A stretch of DNA of 64,000 nucleotides from the NCBI GenBank assembly GCA_047967505.1, contig CM106538.1; one strand, written 5' to 3'. This stretch comes from Dipteris shenzhenensis (Eukaryota). The notes under the pieces are model-generated. The model saw only the letters and a program-made list of their open reading frames with translations, made no database searches and had not been told where the DNA came from. Positions 50,899-64,000 of this stretch are shown here, piece after piece. Numbering within the stretch: the first letter of the stretch is position 1; the number at the start of each line of letters is the position of its first letter. The translations under genes were made by a program, and so were the position numbers.

Positions 50899-51236
50899 AA
50901 AGAAACTCTCATCAACCACATACACTCCAAATGTACTAATGTGTTGTCTAAAGGATATGTACTCTTTCAAATTGGAGGGTTGCTTCACCTTAAGCTATCT
51001 AGTCATGTTGCATTTAAATAGATGAATCATTGAGATGTTGCACACTGAAAAGAATACAATTGAGATGTTGCACTAAAAAGAAACTCTCATCACCTCAAGA
51101 ATACACTCAAAAGCTATTCATGTGTTGTCTCAAAGGTCTATATTCTTTCAAATTAGAGGGCTGCTTCACCTTAAGCTATCTAGTAATATTTCCTTTAAAG
51201 AGATGTATCATTGAGAGGTTGCACACTAAAAAGAAT
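50899..51236. repeat. Direct repeat (~180-bp period, 2 copies)
   Basis: aaagaaactctcatca...ctttcaaatt.gaggg.tgcttcaccttaagctatctagt...ttgcacact.aaaagaat occurs twice. Confidence 0.7.
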
Positions 51237-54150
51237 GCCTCAGCTGACTTGATTATCTCCCCATTTTTTATTGCTTTCTCAAGATCTTTTTGCATCATAC
51301 TTTGAAGATGTTTAATAAAGGCATCCAAGCCTTTCAGTTCATCTACGTCAAGTGCTTTGTTCTTTGCAAGAACAAATCTAGTTTCATCCAATGGAGTTAT
51401 TCTATGTAATAAAGCATATGATTCACTCCATAAATGATCTCCATCCACTAAGTAGTGCTTCCATTGCATCACTGGAATATTCGTTATGCATGCTAAATCA
51501 AAAATAGTGTGGATTTGTGTGCCCATTCTTTTTGGATTTGTGTGCCCATATAGATCAAAAATAGTGTGGATTTGTGTGCCCATATAGGCAGAGAACCTCA
51601 AAATTGACTACATGACCAAGTGATGACCAAAGTTCAAAATATTGGACTCTAGAAAACCCAATCCAAATCTACCACAAAATTTGATTCTTCATTTGTTTAT
51701 GGAATTTTTCCTTCAGCAAGATTTTCTTAGTTGTTGATGTAGCTCTTCTTCAGAGGATACGCTTTATTCTCTTTAGAGATGTAGTGGGAGTTATTCCTCT
51801 CCTCTTCTTGGGCTTGTCTCTTGGAGAGCAACTGTAGAGAAAACCTTTTTAGGTGGCAATACTCCATAGTATGATTGGGTACTCCACAGAAGGCACATAT
51901 CTTTTTCTTGGTGTTCACCTTGATGAAATATTCACCATTATAGGGCTTTACTCTCATTCTAGGCTTCTTTAAGAATGCTTTCCTCTGAGATACATAATCA
52001 ATGTTAGAGGAACAATATGATGAAGGCATATTGGGAAGGTCTTACCGCTAATGTGGCAGTGTCTAGTCCTTTATAAAGAAGTCTCCTTCTCCACAAGTAT
52101 AATTGGTTGGAGAGATAATTAGATACCCCAAACTCTTAGCATAAAGGAAATACAGTGTTTGTTGCTTCAAAAAATAGCTTTCAAGCATATTCAATCCAAA
52201 ATATATTAGAAATGCATTATGAACATTTACCAAAACTGTCAAACTGCAGGACATTGCTCCAAAGATAAGACTGAAAAATGGCTCACATCACTTCCAATGT
52301 TCAAACATCCAAAAGACCAAAGATAATTGAGATAATAATGAAACTTTTCAGCACTTAACCATATTCAATGGTTCATATTAGAAGCAAATATCACTGTTAC
52401 CCCCAAATTGAATAGTTTGAAGTTGGAGGGTTCAATTGAAGCTGAAGATAAAAGCTTTGAGAGGGATTTCAAAGGCAAATGGAAGCTCTTATTGAGGGCT
52501 ACTTCTAGCATAGAGGAATCACAAAATTTCGTGTTGTGTCACCATGGAGAGATGTGCTATTTCGACTGGTTTTTTGATGTTTTCTCCTTATTCTAGCAAG
52601 CATTGGTCTCAAATTTCATCAACAGTAAGATCATAGTGTCGCCCAACTATGACCAAGAGGGTTTTGCAAAATTGTCTCCCAACAGGCCAAATTTCGAGCT
52701 AGATTGGCGAGCAAAGAGCGAAGCGGCACGGTTGCTCACAGTAAAATTCCTTCAATCCCAATGGTGAAGAGGTGCACCCTAGCATGGGGAAGCTGGATCC
52801 AGAAGCATTTTGAAAGTTAATGGTTTGATCTAGAGAAATGATGCTGCAAGATTCGGGCAGAATTGGGAAAAATGGGAGAGATATGGAAGAAGGTTGAAGA
52901 TGATGATGAGGTGGCAGTCTAGGAGTCTAAAAGCTCAAGGAGGATCATGGCTCTGATACCAAATGTTGGAATGTGGAGGAGAGTAGATGCATTGTGGCAA
53001 GAGGAGTGAGAACACAAAAGATGTAGCAATGGGTGTTCTATTGATTTAAGAGGGAAATCCCTCTTTTATAGAAATGGAGAGAGGGTGGACTAAATCAATG
53101 GCACCTCTCCTACATCAAAGGAGGTAACTCCTAAATCATAGGAATTCCACAATCATAGGCATCACCCCATGTGGGGGCCTTTGCATCACATCATCACCTG
53201 TGTCATGGTCTATGGCACTAAGTGTGCCTCTCCTAAAACACACACACAACCATATGACTGCTAGTGGATGCACACATGTACCTAGCAAGCCCTTGATCAC
53301 ATATCCCAACAATGTTGTTGTATACTGATCCATGCCATCAATGGTAATGCACATGGACTTTTTGACATGCACAATAGCTTCCTCTCTCCAAGAGACCTAC
53401 AACAATCTAGCATCTTGCACATGAGTTAATTGGATTGTTCATCATCTTATATATATTCCTCGCTTGTGCTCACATTTACTATGTTCAATGGCATTTTTCA
53501 ATTCATCACATGTCTTGCATTTTGACATCCTTTGCTCTGATGGTGTCTTGACATATGGAAAAACTGTCCACGCCAAATTTTATACAAGGTTGGCCTTGAA
53601 ATCATGCTCTCTTCACTATCTTGTAAATTTTTATTGACTATTTCTAGCACAGCCTTCTATGTCATTCCCAAAGGAAGATGATGTTGGCATTCCACAATTC
53701 CATCCACATTATTTGTGGAAGATGAGGCTGTGGTAATGCATGATTGTCAAGGATTTTCTTTAATGTTGTAGCTGCATTTCTAGTGCTTCTTTTTCATTTA
53801 AGCTTGTAGGCATTTCCATGAATTTTATGAACCACCTTGTCTTTTACCTCTACCCAGATGGTCCAATATGTACCATGTGATAGTCCAATTAACCATTGAT
53901 ATCCTCGATTACATATAGATGTCCCATTAACCATGGGTTTCAATTTGGGTTTACAGTGTCTTGTCCTGGAGTCCTTATCACCTTGATGAAGAAAACTCTT
54001 GAAGAAGATAGTTATGTCTATTAGTCCCTGTCTTACTCCAAAAGCCGATGTGCATGGCTTCACAATCATCTTTTGTAACTTTTCTCATGCAAAGTTTCTT
54101 GCAACAAACGTGCATAAGAGTCCTTTCAATATTCTCCTAAGATAACATTA
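51176..54150 (-). pseudogene. Decayed DDE transposase of IDGMDQ type, split by an LTR element
   Basis: ISRPTLYK..FPYVKTPSEQRMSKCKTCDEL (~53500-53600), SMCITIDGMDQ (~53325-53360), and C-terminal-like GHTNPHYF*F..PVMQWKHY (~51450-51530). Confidence 0.55.
51600..53311 (-). mobile_element. Truncated LTR retrotransposon: 5' LTR 52964-53311, tRNA-iMet PBS and decayed gag
   Basis: 348-bp tgttgg...ccaaca LTR; TGGTATCAGAGCC at 52949-52961 followed by ATG; knuckle CAFCGVPNHTMEYC at ~51860-51900. Confidence 0.8.
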
Positions 54151-54569
54151 CATGTCTCTTGGGTTCTGGAATTGGTGCCATGATTCATCAACTCTTGACA
54201 CTCACATACTTTCTTTTTATGAATAGTGTCTTGTGTTTCCGAGTTGTGAGTTCATTATCTAGCATTGAATCTATGTCTCTTGAATCATCATCTCTAAAAT
54301 CAAATGCAAAGTGCCCTTGGGAATTATTTGATGTCACTTTGTAATATCTTGGAATTAATAGACAACTTATTCATTAAAGTCTACCTGTTGCCAATGCCTC
54401 TTGAATTTTGTGGTTGAGTTATTTCTCCTTCACAATTACATGTTCTGCCATCCATATGCTCCATGCAAGTAAGTACATTAGGGACATCTTAAGTCTTAGA
54501 TGTTTCTACCATCTCTGTCCTTCATTCCAATGACAACATTATGAGCATGATCATTAATATCAACAATTT

Positions 54570-54790
54570 TAGTGAGCATGTTTGAGTCGCTTGCAATACA
54601 AGACAAGTCTTTTGTACTCGCGAGCATGTTTGAGTCGCTTGCAATACAAGACAAGTCTTCTATACCAATGAGCATGTTTGGGTCACTTGCAACACCAGAC
54701 AAGTCTTCTTTACCAGTGAGCATGTTCGAGTCACATGCAACAAGAGACACGTCCTCTATACCAGTGAGCATATTGGAGTCACTGGCAACC
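54570..54790. repeat. 48-bp tandem repeat (~4.5 copies)
   Basis: gagcatgtttgagtcgcttgcaatacaagacaagtc at 48-bp spacing; gives 16-aa repeats on both strands. Confidence 0.85.
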
Positions 54791-56951
54791 TCACTTGCAT
54801 CAACATCACTTATTATAATGTCCTTAACAGGGGAAAAATTAGGGGCGAATTTTAGCCCAAGGGCTAATTTAGAAGCTTTCGCAAGTTGGTTGGGCTAATA
54901 TTTAGAGCTTTAAATTTGATAAATTAGGCAAAAAATAAGGTGGGCTAATTTTAAGAGCCTCAAATTTGATAAATTTACCCTAAAAGTGTTAGCAAGGCTA
55001 ATATTTATAACTCTATATGGGGAAAGATTCGCCCATTGACCTACACTATCATAATCTTGTTCCCTCCTTATTTTTTACCTTGGTCTTTTCTAGGGGATGC
55101 AGTCTTTCTCCATTGAGATTTTGCTTTCAAATCTTTCTTCATATAATTTCCTCCATTTCCTCTGTCATTGTGACTCGCATTAAATCCCTCATGCTTTCAG
55201 CCTTCGCATCAACCAATATTTGCAGCATCACTGATTCGCTTGTAGTGTGACATAAAATGCATGCTTTGATGAAGTTTGTGTTCGCGTGCAGAATTGGAGA
55301 AATTTGAGAAGCCCGTTGTGGCATCCTGTGAGGAGGAAGTTATGTCTATAGAGTCGCTCTTCTTGCATATACACTATCAGATGTCCAGAGACCGATTGTT
55401 TGTAAGCGCAGCGGGTCTAGTTTCCTATTCGGCCAATTGCATGATCAAGACCCCATTTCCTGTCGAGCATATCTACGTTCTCATAGATCTTTCACGATTG
55501 AAGAGGACTTGCAAGAAGGGTGCAAGCATTGACAATCATCCCAAGAAAACATTGAAGTTGGGCTTTGAAGTAGTGGTGTCGCAAGCCTGCTCCAAGGGTG
55601 AGTTACTATTTGGACTTGTATCGTGGTGTCTTCTGGTTTGGATCCATTTCTTTCCTTGCTCACAGGGTGTGCTCACATCATGCATTGAATGGTTAACACC
55701 ATCTAAACTTTGGAGACCATAGTATCGAAGACATTGCGACACCTAGGAACACCTGCTTGTCTGAAATACAAGATAACCTTTTATATAGGGCCTCCCCTGT
55801 CAGGTGACTATCCCGAGCTGCATGTGTCGAAAATAGCACCCTGAATTCTATTGTCTGTGAAGGATAAAAAGTTTGTTGAAAATTGAAATAGTAGTGCTGA
55901 TTGAAAATGATGAAGCGTAAGCAGTACAATTGATTTTAGTACTGATAGTATTCAAAATCAGATCAATAACTTTTTGTCCTCGCAAGCCTGTCGAATCTAA
56001 AGAATAACAAATGTTATTTTGCATACCTCCCCTCAAGCAATAGTTTTACTATATCTAGACCTGTTCTGATATGAAGGATAATCACATATGATCTCTCCCT
56101 CTCCCTAATGGCATTCTATTGAAAATTTGATGTTGTATGTCAATACTATTTTTTTTTCTTTAGGAATAGGAATCACAGCCTATCCATCAACAAGTATTGA
56201 TTTTAAACTTTAACATACTGTAAATTATGAATTGCAAAATCCTCTCTTTCTATTGTAGACATTGCACATGCATTCATTGCTAGGGAGCTTTTTTTGTGTG
56301 ACTGAAATATGAGGGCGGAGAAAGGCTTGTGTATGGTGAGCAAAATCTTGAGTTGAGTCCTACTTGCCCATGACAATCACTCAAAAGAAACATCCATTGC
56401 ACTAAGAACCTATCCCTTTAAGAATGCAAACTTTTTGCACTGTTGAGCTGCTACCATTCCTTTCAAGATTTCATGTGGCTCTACCTTAAGTTCTTGCAAC
56501 TATTCGTCTGGCTACTAATGAATCCATTCTGGTATTGCTTCAATAGATGGTTGATTCCATATTTATTGCACACAATTAAATATCCTTTGTCACCTTGTAG
56601 ACGTTGTGGTTAATTGGTCCACACATGCCATGGGTTTGTTGCAAGTGGCTGTGAGTCAAATACAACCACGGTTGAACCTTCACATGGTTTTCTTTATTCT
56701 CCAAACAATTGCATGCACACCTGAAGGAAAACAACAATGCGTTGCATCTTGCCACAACATAGAATGCATATAATAACTCTCACACAAATAAATATTTGTC
56801 CTTAAGTCCAGCACTCGAAAACTCATTGGTTGAGAATGAGGAGAGTGTTGCACAAGATATTCCCACTAATTCAAGGGAATTGCTGCCATCCAATCATAAA
56901 TTGGGCCATTCCAAGGTGCTCCCAATCTTGAAATAGCTGAGCTATCGGAGT

Positions 56952-57386
56952 ATGTGGACCATTGGTTTGCATTTGAGGGATGCATACTGGCAAAATATGG
57001 AACTTACAAAGCAAGGGATGCCACGTACATGCGCGTGGACCTCACCAATTTGGATTGTTTATGAAACAGTGACCTTGCACGTTCCTCATAATTATGTTTT
57101 ACAATTAGAGAATATTTTGGAGGTGGATGAATTTTATCAAATCGAGGCCCTATCTATAGCGAAGAAGAGCACTAGAGAAGGTGGAACCTTTGATGTGTCC
57201 CTGCGTATCAATGCAATGATAAGTGTAGTCAAAGTAGATCCTTTTGATGGAACGCTCTACCTTGTGCCTGAGAAGACTATTAGCGCATGTGTACCATGGG
57301 TGGTGCAACAAATGCAAAGTGGAAGAGTCCCATTTACATCAGTGATGGAAACAATTGCTTTCCTTGTGGGGTTAAGGTTGACCTAG
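56952..57386 (+). pseudogene. OB-fold (RPA-like) fragment, probably Helitron-associated
   Basis: ETVTLHV..VLQLENILEVDEFYQIEALSIAKK..FDVSLRINAMISVVKV has the pattern of an RPA70-type OB fold and lies upstream of the Rep remnant on the same strand. Confidence 0.4.
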
Positions 57387-59299
57387 ATATGTCTATGAGA
57401 TGACCAAGCAAATCATGATAGCAGATGGCCCAAATCCAGAGGATTGCACAATGGTAATACCTTTCCATGGAATCTTTTTAGCTACATAAAAAAAGTGATG
57501 TACCTAGCAATGCGCATGTGATTGTAGCTATCTTGCATGGCTGATCGTCAATCCATTTTATCTCACCTGATCTAAGAGTTTCCCCATGGGGGGATTGTGA
57601 TGTATGTTGTGAGGAACATCTCTTACACACGTGTGTGTCATTCACTTGCTATTTTTATTTCATTGTCCTTGCAGTAGTACCCAAGGGTAGGCTTCGCAAA
57701 AGGCTGCTATCTGCATTTGGGCACCAAGTTTCTGATCTAGGCTACGACCAAAAGTTTTGACGACCAAAAATGCAGCTCCCTCTTTAGTATGCATGTATTA
57801 TCTTTGAAACATTCCTTGCCTAAACTAATCAAAACATTCATCTTATGCACCCGTGCAGGGCAATGGGATGTTGCAGTTTGTTGACTTGAATGGGCCACTA
57901 GTTGAGTTTTGATGTGGTGAGTGCGCAAGTTCTTGAGTGAGCTGTGATCCTACTCACCCCTTCTGCTACTTATGCGCTAGCCTACAAGACATTATCCGAA
58001 TTCCTTCGCTGAAAGGATGTGTGGTTCTCCGTGATGGCACATATGTTGTGAAGCTTTGCAAGGCTTATGTGGGATGAGCTATTGTGACTGTGGCTCCCAC
58101 TACTACATGCACAGCATGGTTGCCACCAGGAACCTCTTGCTTAACCACCACCCCTCTGGATATTTCACCATCAATTGTGCCGATTTCATTGTGACATTTG
58201 ATGCTGGTGTTTGAGCTGGCCATTTGCTAGCTTGTCGCCTGTTGCATTCACCACAGGCACACATTAGCCACCGTAAATAAATTGTGGTGGACTGATGTAC
58301 ATACAATCACAACATTGCGGGAGCATATTCATATTGCAATAATAAAAGTATTTTCTTGGTATGTGCTCAAGAAAATCCATGAAATGCCACAAGCATCATA
58401 GCATGAGCACAACAGGTGTTGTTGCTAGCATGGTAGAGTCAATAATGTGTGGGCTCCTGGTGTGTCCAGTAGGCTTTACAAAATAAGCTCTGAATGTTGT
58501 AGATGATGAATCTTTTTGAAGTGCAACTATGCATGTTTAATCCCACTACTTTGCAAGTAGACATACCACATACAAATCCAATGCATGTGCATTCAGCACA
58601 ACCAATGAGCAAACTCCCACAAGCAAGTAACATCTTCACGCAAGAATAGCACTACCCTTCCAAATGGAAAACCACTTTAGCATTGACATATATAACCTTG
58701 CTTAGGACACAGAGTGAATCAATAATAAGAACAAAGACTACACATAATTGCCAGTATGCTTGATACACATTGTAGGGGAAAACGCGTGAAATATTGCTAC
58801 GGATCGAGCATGAGCACCTCCTACAAAACAATGCAAGGGAGAGAGTACCCCTACATGATTTCTTTGGTGCGTCACCCTCTACTAAGGAGGCTCCTTTGCA
58901 AAAATTAGACATATCATTAGTGCTTAAGAATTCCACAAACCCAAAAGAACTTATGCATGATTGCTTGGCACACATCTCAGAGGCTTGCTTTGTCTCTTTT
59001 AGAGTTTTCTATTGGACTAGGGATCCATGCCTATTGAGGTAGAGGCGACATCACAGTTTCTGGAATACAGGCATGATGCACGATACTCTGTGTGCACCGT
59101 TTGTGACAAGATTTACAAAATGTGGGTAGTGCTACCAAGCACTACTGAAATTGCAGAACCAGCCATGTAGTAGACCACTTTAACTACAACCCCTTGCAAC
59201 ACAGCAGCACAGCAGTGCGCAGTTAATGTTGGTATCAAACAATGCTCAAAGTAGTCGTGCAAAAGAAAAAGAACCACTGTTAATGCCCGGTCCTTGTAC

Positions 59300-62050
59300 A
59301 AGAAAAAACTGGAAGACACACCAAGCTTCTCTTATGAGTGCTACAACAACAACTTAGAATTTCATGCAAAGCTGCATAAGCTAATGCCAACAAAATATTC
59401 GCTCTTCCAAAATATAGATGTCCACCTCAGTGAGGCAATGATCAATCAGCGATGCATTTTCTCGAGTTGCTACAACCAAGTACGTCAGGGAGTGACACCG
59501 AAATTCGCATCCAAGAATATGTTCCTTCCACCTACAAGCTTGTACACATCTACATTGATCCGAATCAAAGAGAGGCTGGTTGCAAAATGAATACCATTCA
59601 CTCAAATTAGGGAGCTCACATATGAAGGGCAATATGGTTTGCATGGGAGCATTGCTAATGTTTTCACTAATACTGGTAGGGTATAACGTGTCTTGCCAAT
59701 GTTTCTTTCAGACTATGCTACAGTTTTAGTCATGATCAAAAGGAGGATGCAGTACTTGCACTACTACATGAGTGGTCTTGTGCAGCCTACAACAACGATG
59801 TGTGCAATGCATGAGCTTCTACAAAAATAACTTTACCAAGAGAACAATGTTCAAATGAACCCACTATGGTTGTCACACATTCTTGCATTGCAAGCAATGC
59901 AAGAGCAAGACGTGCAAGATGAGGAGACAAATGTTCAGCCTGACCCTAAATGCAACATAACCATGCATACTTTGGTCCATGGGCTATACACAAGCTAGCA
60001 AATTGTCGACTTCCAAGACAAGCTAGTAGTTGTTGCACCATCCAAAGGATTCTCATCACTAAGCCTTTTTAAAGACAAGCACTACAAGGAGCTAGCATTC
60101 TCGACATTGTTCTATGGGCAGCCCTGTACATATGGCATCCCGAACTGAACAAGCTACCAAGAGATTGTCAAATTGTGGGAATTGCTACATATCGACAAAA
60201 TAATGAAGGTTCTTGCTCAACAAGTTCTTTCTTCCACATGGGTTTGAATGCGGAAAGGACAACTGAGAGGGTCAGTACTACAAGCGAGGGAGGCACTAGA
60301 GGATACGAACATAGAGAGGCTGCTGCAATCAAAGATTGGGTTCTGCAATTTTATGTGCCTATGTACATCTACAAATTACAAGCATCGTTTAAAAAGAGAG
60401 TTGTTTGCCATGGTGTGCCAGATTGGGCCGGCCACATTCTTCGTCACTTTTTCCACATGCTCAATCATATTGCTAAGCTGGAAAATCATCTTATCAACAA
60501 GAGTCTCCTCTCTTCCTCTTGCACTTGGATTATAATCCATTTGTGTTGGGTTTTAAGTTGAAGGCATAAACTCATCATCTTGTTCTTGGCTAGTCTCATT
60601 TCTTCTTTCATTACGAAAGGAGAACTCCCTATCAAGAGGTTCTTGAAGGAGAGACTGCTATAAATCTATTTGTGGGTTATCTTACTCAAGATGTGTGTAA
60701 CTCTCACCTAATCCATCCTCTTCAGAAGGGGGTGAAGGTGTTCTTTCTCTCTCTCCTTGGGGTAATGGAGGAAAAGGAATAAGTTCATTGTTATATCTCC
60801 CTTCCCCTTCCATTCTTTCCTTTTAGTAATACAAGAGAGAAAATGACTTGCTGTAATTTCAAAAAAGGGGTTTATTTTACAACAAAAGTCAAGTGTTGTA
60901 GAGTTGGTAGTACTTATCTGACTCCCGCTTCGTTTTCGTTGAGAAAACACTTAAAATGATCTCCTCTTCCTTCTCTTTTAAGCTTTTCTTCTTGTATTTC
61001 TGCTGTAAACTGGTACACTCTGTTTGGGCTACTTGTTTTGAGCGTATTGGAGCTCTAGATACCGTCATAGGGGGTACTTAATGGGTGGATCACCTCCTTA
61101 AAATCTTGTTCCGATCCGACTTTCCGTTGGGAATAACGGGGGCATCCCTTTTCCTCACGGTTTAAGGATTTTAAGGGTACATTCACACCCCCTGGGGGGG
61201 GGGGTGTCACCGTTCGACACAACTTACATGAAGAGTCTAAAAATGGTATACGCGACATGTGTTTGACCCCATCACAACAACTCGATACTACATCCACAAG
61301 TTCCAAGCTATGAAAGACTTGCTTAAGAAAGACAACACCATCTTAGGCCAACTCGCAGACTTTTTCTTTATCATGGAATTTCAAAACAGAGGAAGCCAAC
61401 ATGACCATAGTTTGCTATGGACTATAAATGCACCCACATATGGCTCGTCTGAGAACAAACTCATCAATGCATTCATTGATAAGTACATCACGTCAGACTC
61501 CGCGCTACTCGAACTCCTAGAGAAAGACATCCAAAGCCACAGGCATAAGAAAACTTGCAGGAAAAGATGGAAAGATTGTAGGTTTGGTTTCCCATGCCCA
61601 CCCATGAATGCGACAAAAATTCTTGAGCCAGTAGCCAGCAATGAGGACTTGTCATCCTATAAGGGTAAAATGAAGGAAATATCATCCTTCCTTGTGCAGC
61701 CTTCTACACTCACATTAGACTTTGACACATTGTTAAATGAGCTTGAGATATCCAGTTGTTGACATTGCAAAGTAGCATCACTCAACCAACAGTATTCTTG
61801 GAGAGAAAGCTTGCCAATATGTACCCAAATAATTTCAACCCCACAATCTCCAACTTGTGGTGGCAAGCATACATGGACATCCAATTCATTTTGAGCCCTC
61901 ACGGGGCAGCATCATATTGCACATCATACATCACCAAAAAAGATAAGGAAACAAACATCACTATTCAGGAGGCTCTTGACTCAAGCATGCAGAATGACGA
62001 GCCTGCAAAAACGAGTGGATCTGCAAGGTAGGCAATGCTATACTCAACAC
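59300..62050 (+). mobile_element. Decayed Helitron Rep (HUH endonuclease)
   Basis: ERLVAK*IPFTQIREL..GQYGLHG; ELFAMVCQIGPATFFVTFS; EFQNRGSQHDHSLLW; HRHKKTC..CRFGFP; MDIQFILSPHGAASYCTSYITK. Confidence 0.9.
60458..61228 (+). mobile_element. LTR-like insertion interrupting the Helitron Rep
   Basis: Non-Rep sequence between TFFVTFS and DPITTTRY; contains ctataaat and ends attcacacccc..gggtgtcacc..cttaca. No clear TSD. Confidence 0.5.
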
Positions 62051-63486
62051 ACCCACACTATTGGGATGCCAACATACACAACTTGGGTGAGAATCACACC
62101 ATTAATTGGCCCCATTGATTGAGCCATACTCTAGGGTGGAAAGGAACATCCAAGGCACATTGATCCAGGCACTTCAACAACATGAAGAACACATGTGCGA
62201 TAATATTGACCACATCCTATGGCAAAGTGCTATCTTTTTCAAGACCTTGTAATTCATTCTGAGGCTTTCATCCACATCGAGTGACTACCATCTTCCTGCA
62301 CTCATTTTCAATGCTAATGGCAAGATCAATGTCCAAACCACAAGCAAACTCTATTAAAGAGTCATCCTCTTAGAGGCTCACCACATATGTCTCTTTGAAC
62401 AGATGGTGGATACATGCTTCTTGGAAACTGAGCAAAAGGTTTATGGTGTGAAGGATTAATTGGCATGTTCCACAACCCACTAGGTTACATGCTTGGCTTC
62501 CCAACTCTATGATCATAATCGGCCATAACCCAAGAATGGGTAATAAAATGGCTCCGGGGGTATGTTAACTCTATGTCAACATGCACTCAAGCAACGTAGA
62601 ATGTGTGTGTAGAGTAGCGGCAAAGCTCTACTTGTACTTACATGAGCCTAGGAATAATCTCTCAAGAATCTCTTTTAGGAATCCTAGGAATCCCTCATGC
62701 GATTCCTATATGCACATCCTACATGCAAGTTCTAGATCTCCTAAATATGCATTCTACATGCAATTCCTACATGGAATCTCTACATGCCATTACTATATGC
62801 GCATCCTAGATGCAATTCCTACATGTAGAGAGAGAAATTTCTACAATTCCTATATGCAAACAAAGAAGATCTCCAACTTGTATAAATATCTCATGATGGA
62901 ATGAAGCCCACACTCTTTGGGGCATTGTGTTCAGTTCTACTTTGGTGTGCTAGGTAATTGTCTCCAATGTCCATGCTCCCTTGCACTCTCACGTCTAATA
63001 GCATATTCTACCCTTGCCTCCTACTCCCTCCTCCTCCAAGCCTGCAACTCCTCCTGGGTCCTCTCCTCTTCCCTTCTTCTCTCTCTCCCACAACCCCTTT
63101 GCTCTTGCACCTTTCTCTCCCACTCCTATGCTTCTCCTAAACCCTTACTCTCCTAGATTAGTTTTTCAACCCTTGACCTCCAAGATCCATGAGGGAGATG
63201 AGTTCACCACCATGTACTTTATTCTGAACCTTGGATCCTCTTTCTAACCTTGAATCTCCTTCTGAATTCCAAAACCTTCTTCTGAATATTGAAACTTATT
63301 CTAACCTTAAATCCCCCATGGAGGCAAAATCCTTCATTCTCCCAACCATGTTGTTGAATTTTTGTTTCATCAAGCATATGTGCAACATCTACTTTTCACA
63401 CTTGAGCCTACATCTCTTACCAAAATATATTCCAAGATCCTATGCTGCACATATTCTTCTACAACAACAATGACATTGATATATCA

Positions 63487-64000
63487 GTACGTGATGAGAG
63501 ATTTGAACAACGGAAGTGGAACGAAAGAGGGTGAGAGAGAGGGAGAGCCAAAAGAGAGAGCCACACAAGTTTTGGTGGGTGCAAAAGACCCTAATCTTCT
63601 ATGTCATCCATATGTATATGTGTTTGAGTATTGTACATAACTGGGGTTAAGGCACAGTGTCCTTTAACCACCACAACCTCCCACTTAAAGGCCAATGTGC
63701 ATTTAAGGGAGAAGAACCAGTGGACATACTATCCAATGCCCAACAATACATGACAATACTCAAACCACTGATAGTACATGATGAGAGGTTTCAACAACGG
63801 AAGTGGAACGAAAGAGGGTGAGAGAGAGGGAGAGTCAAAAGAGAGAGCCACACAAGTTTTGGTGGGTGCAAAAGACCCTAATCTTCTATGTCATCCATAT
63901 GTATATGTGTTTGAGTATTGTACATAACTGGGGTTAAGGCACAGTGTCCTTTAGCCACCACAACCTCCCACTTAAAGGCCAATGTGCATTTAAGGGAGAA
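63487..64000. repeat. 287-bp tandem repeat running off the window end
   Basis: caacggaagtggaacgaaagaggg at 63508 and 63795; the copies are nearly identical. Confidence 0.9.

Noticed and set aside
62050-63480. Short ORFs and attcctacatg repeats
   Set aside because: Likely degenerate LTR-element debris; no confident boundaries or domains.

Overview
Eukaryotic land-plant nuclear DNA, mostly nested transposon relics. A fern or other seed-free plant is my inference from element types and UGT style. Only one host gene looks intact: a 2-exon UDP-glycosyltransferase (45444-47167, -). The centrepiece is a young 9.65-kb non-chromovirus Ty3/gypsy element (10895-20543, -) with 474-bp LTRs differing at 3 sites and a CAAAG TSD. 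It has no polypurine tract but a second, oppositely oriented tRNA-like primer site at the 3' LTR. Gag, pol and a long extra ORF all lie in one reading frame, broken only by TAG/TAA codons. The element sits in a GA-rich repeat of an older unit. That unit carries a decayed, intron-containing gene for a ParB-like domain fused to a beta-class N4C/N6A DNA methyltransferase (~5775-9625, -), a captured OSCA4/CSC1 fragment, and an array of ATCGAT-centred palindromes. The rest is degenerate gypsy, copia and L1, two GCM/SWIM MULE-like transposase genes, an IDGMDQ-type transposase and a Helitron Rep. All family calls rest on motif recognition by eye, without database searches.
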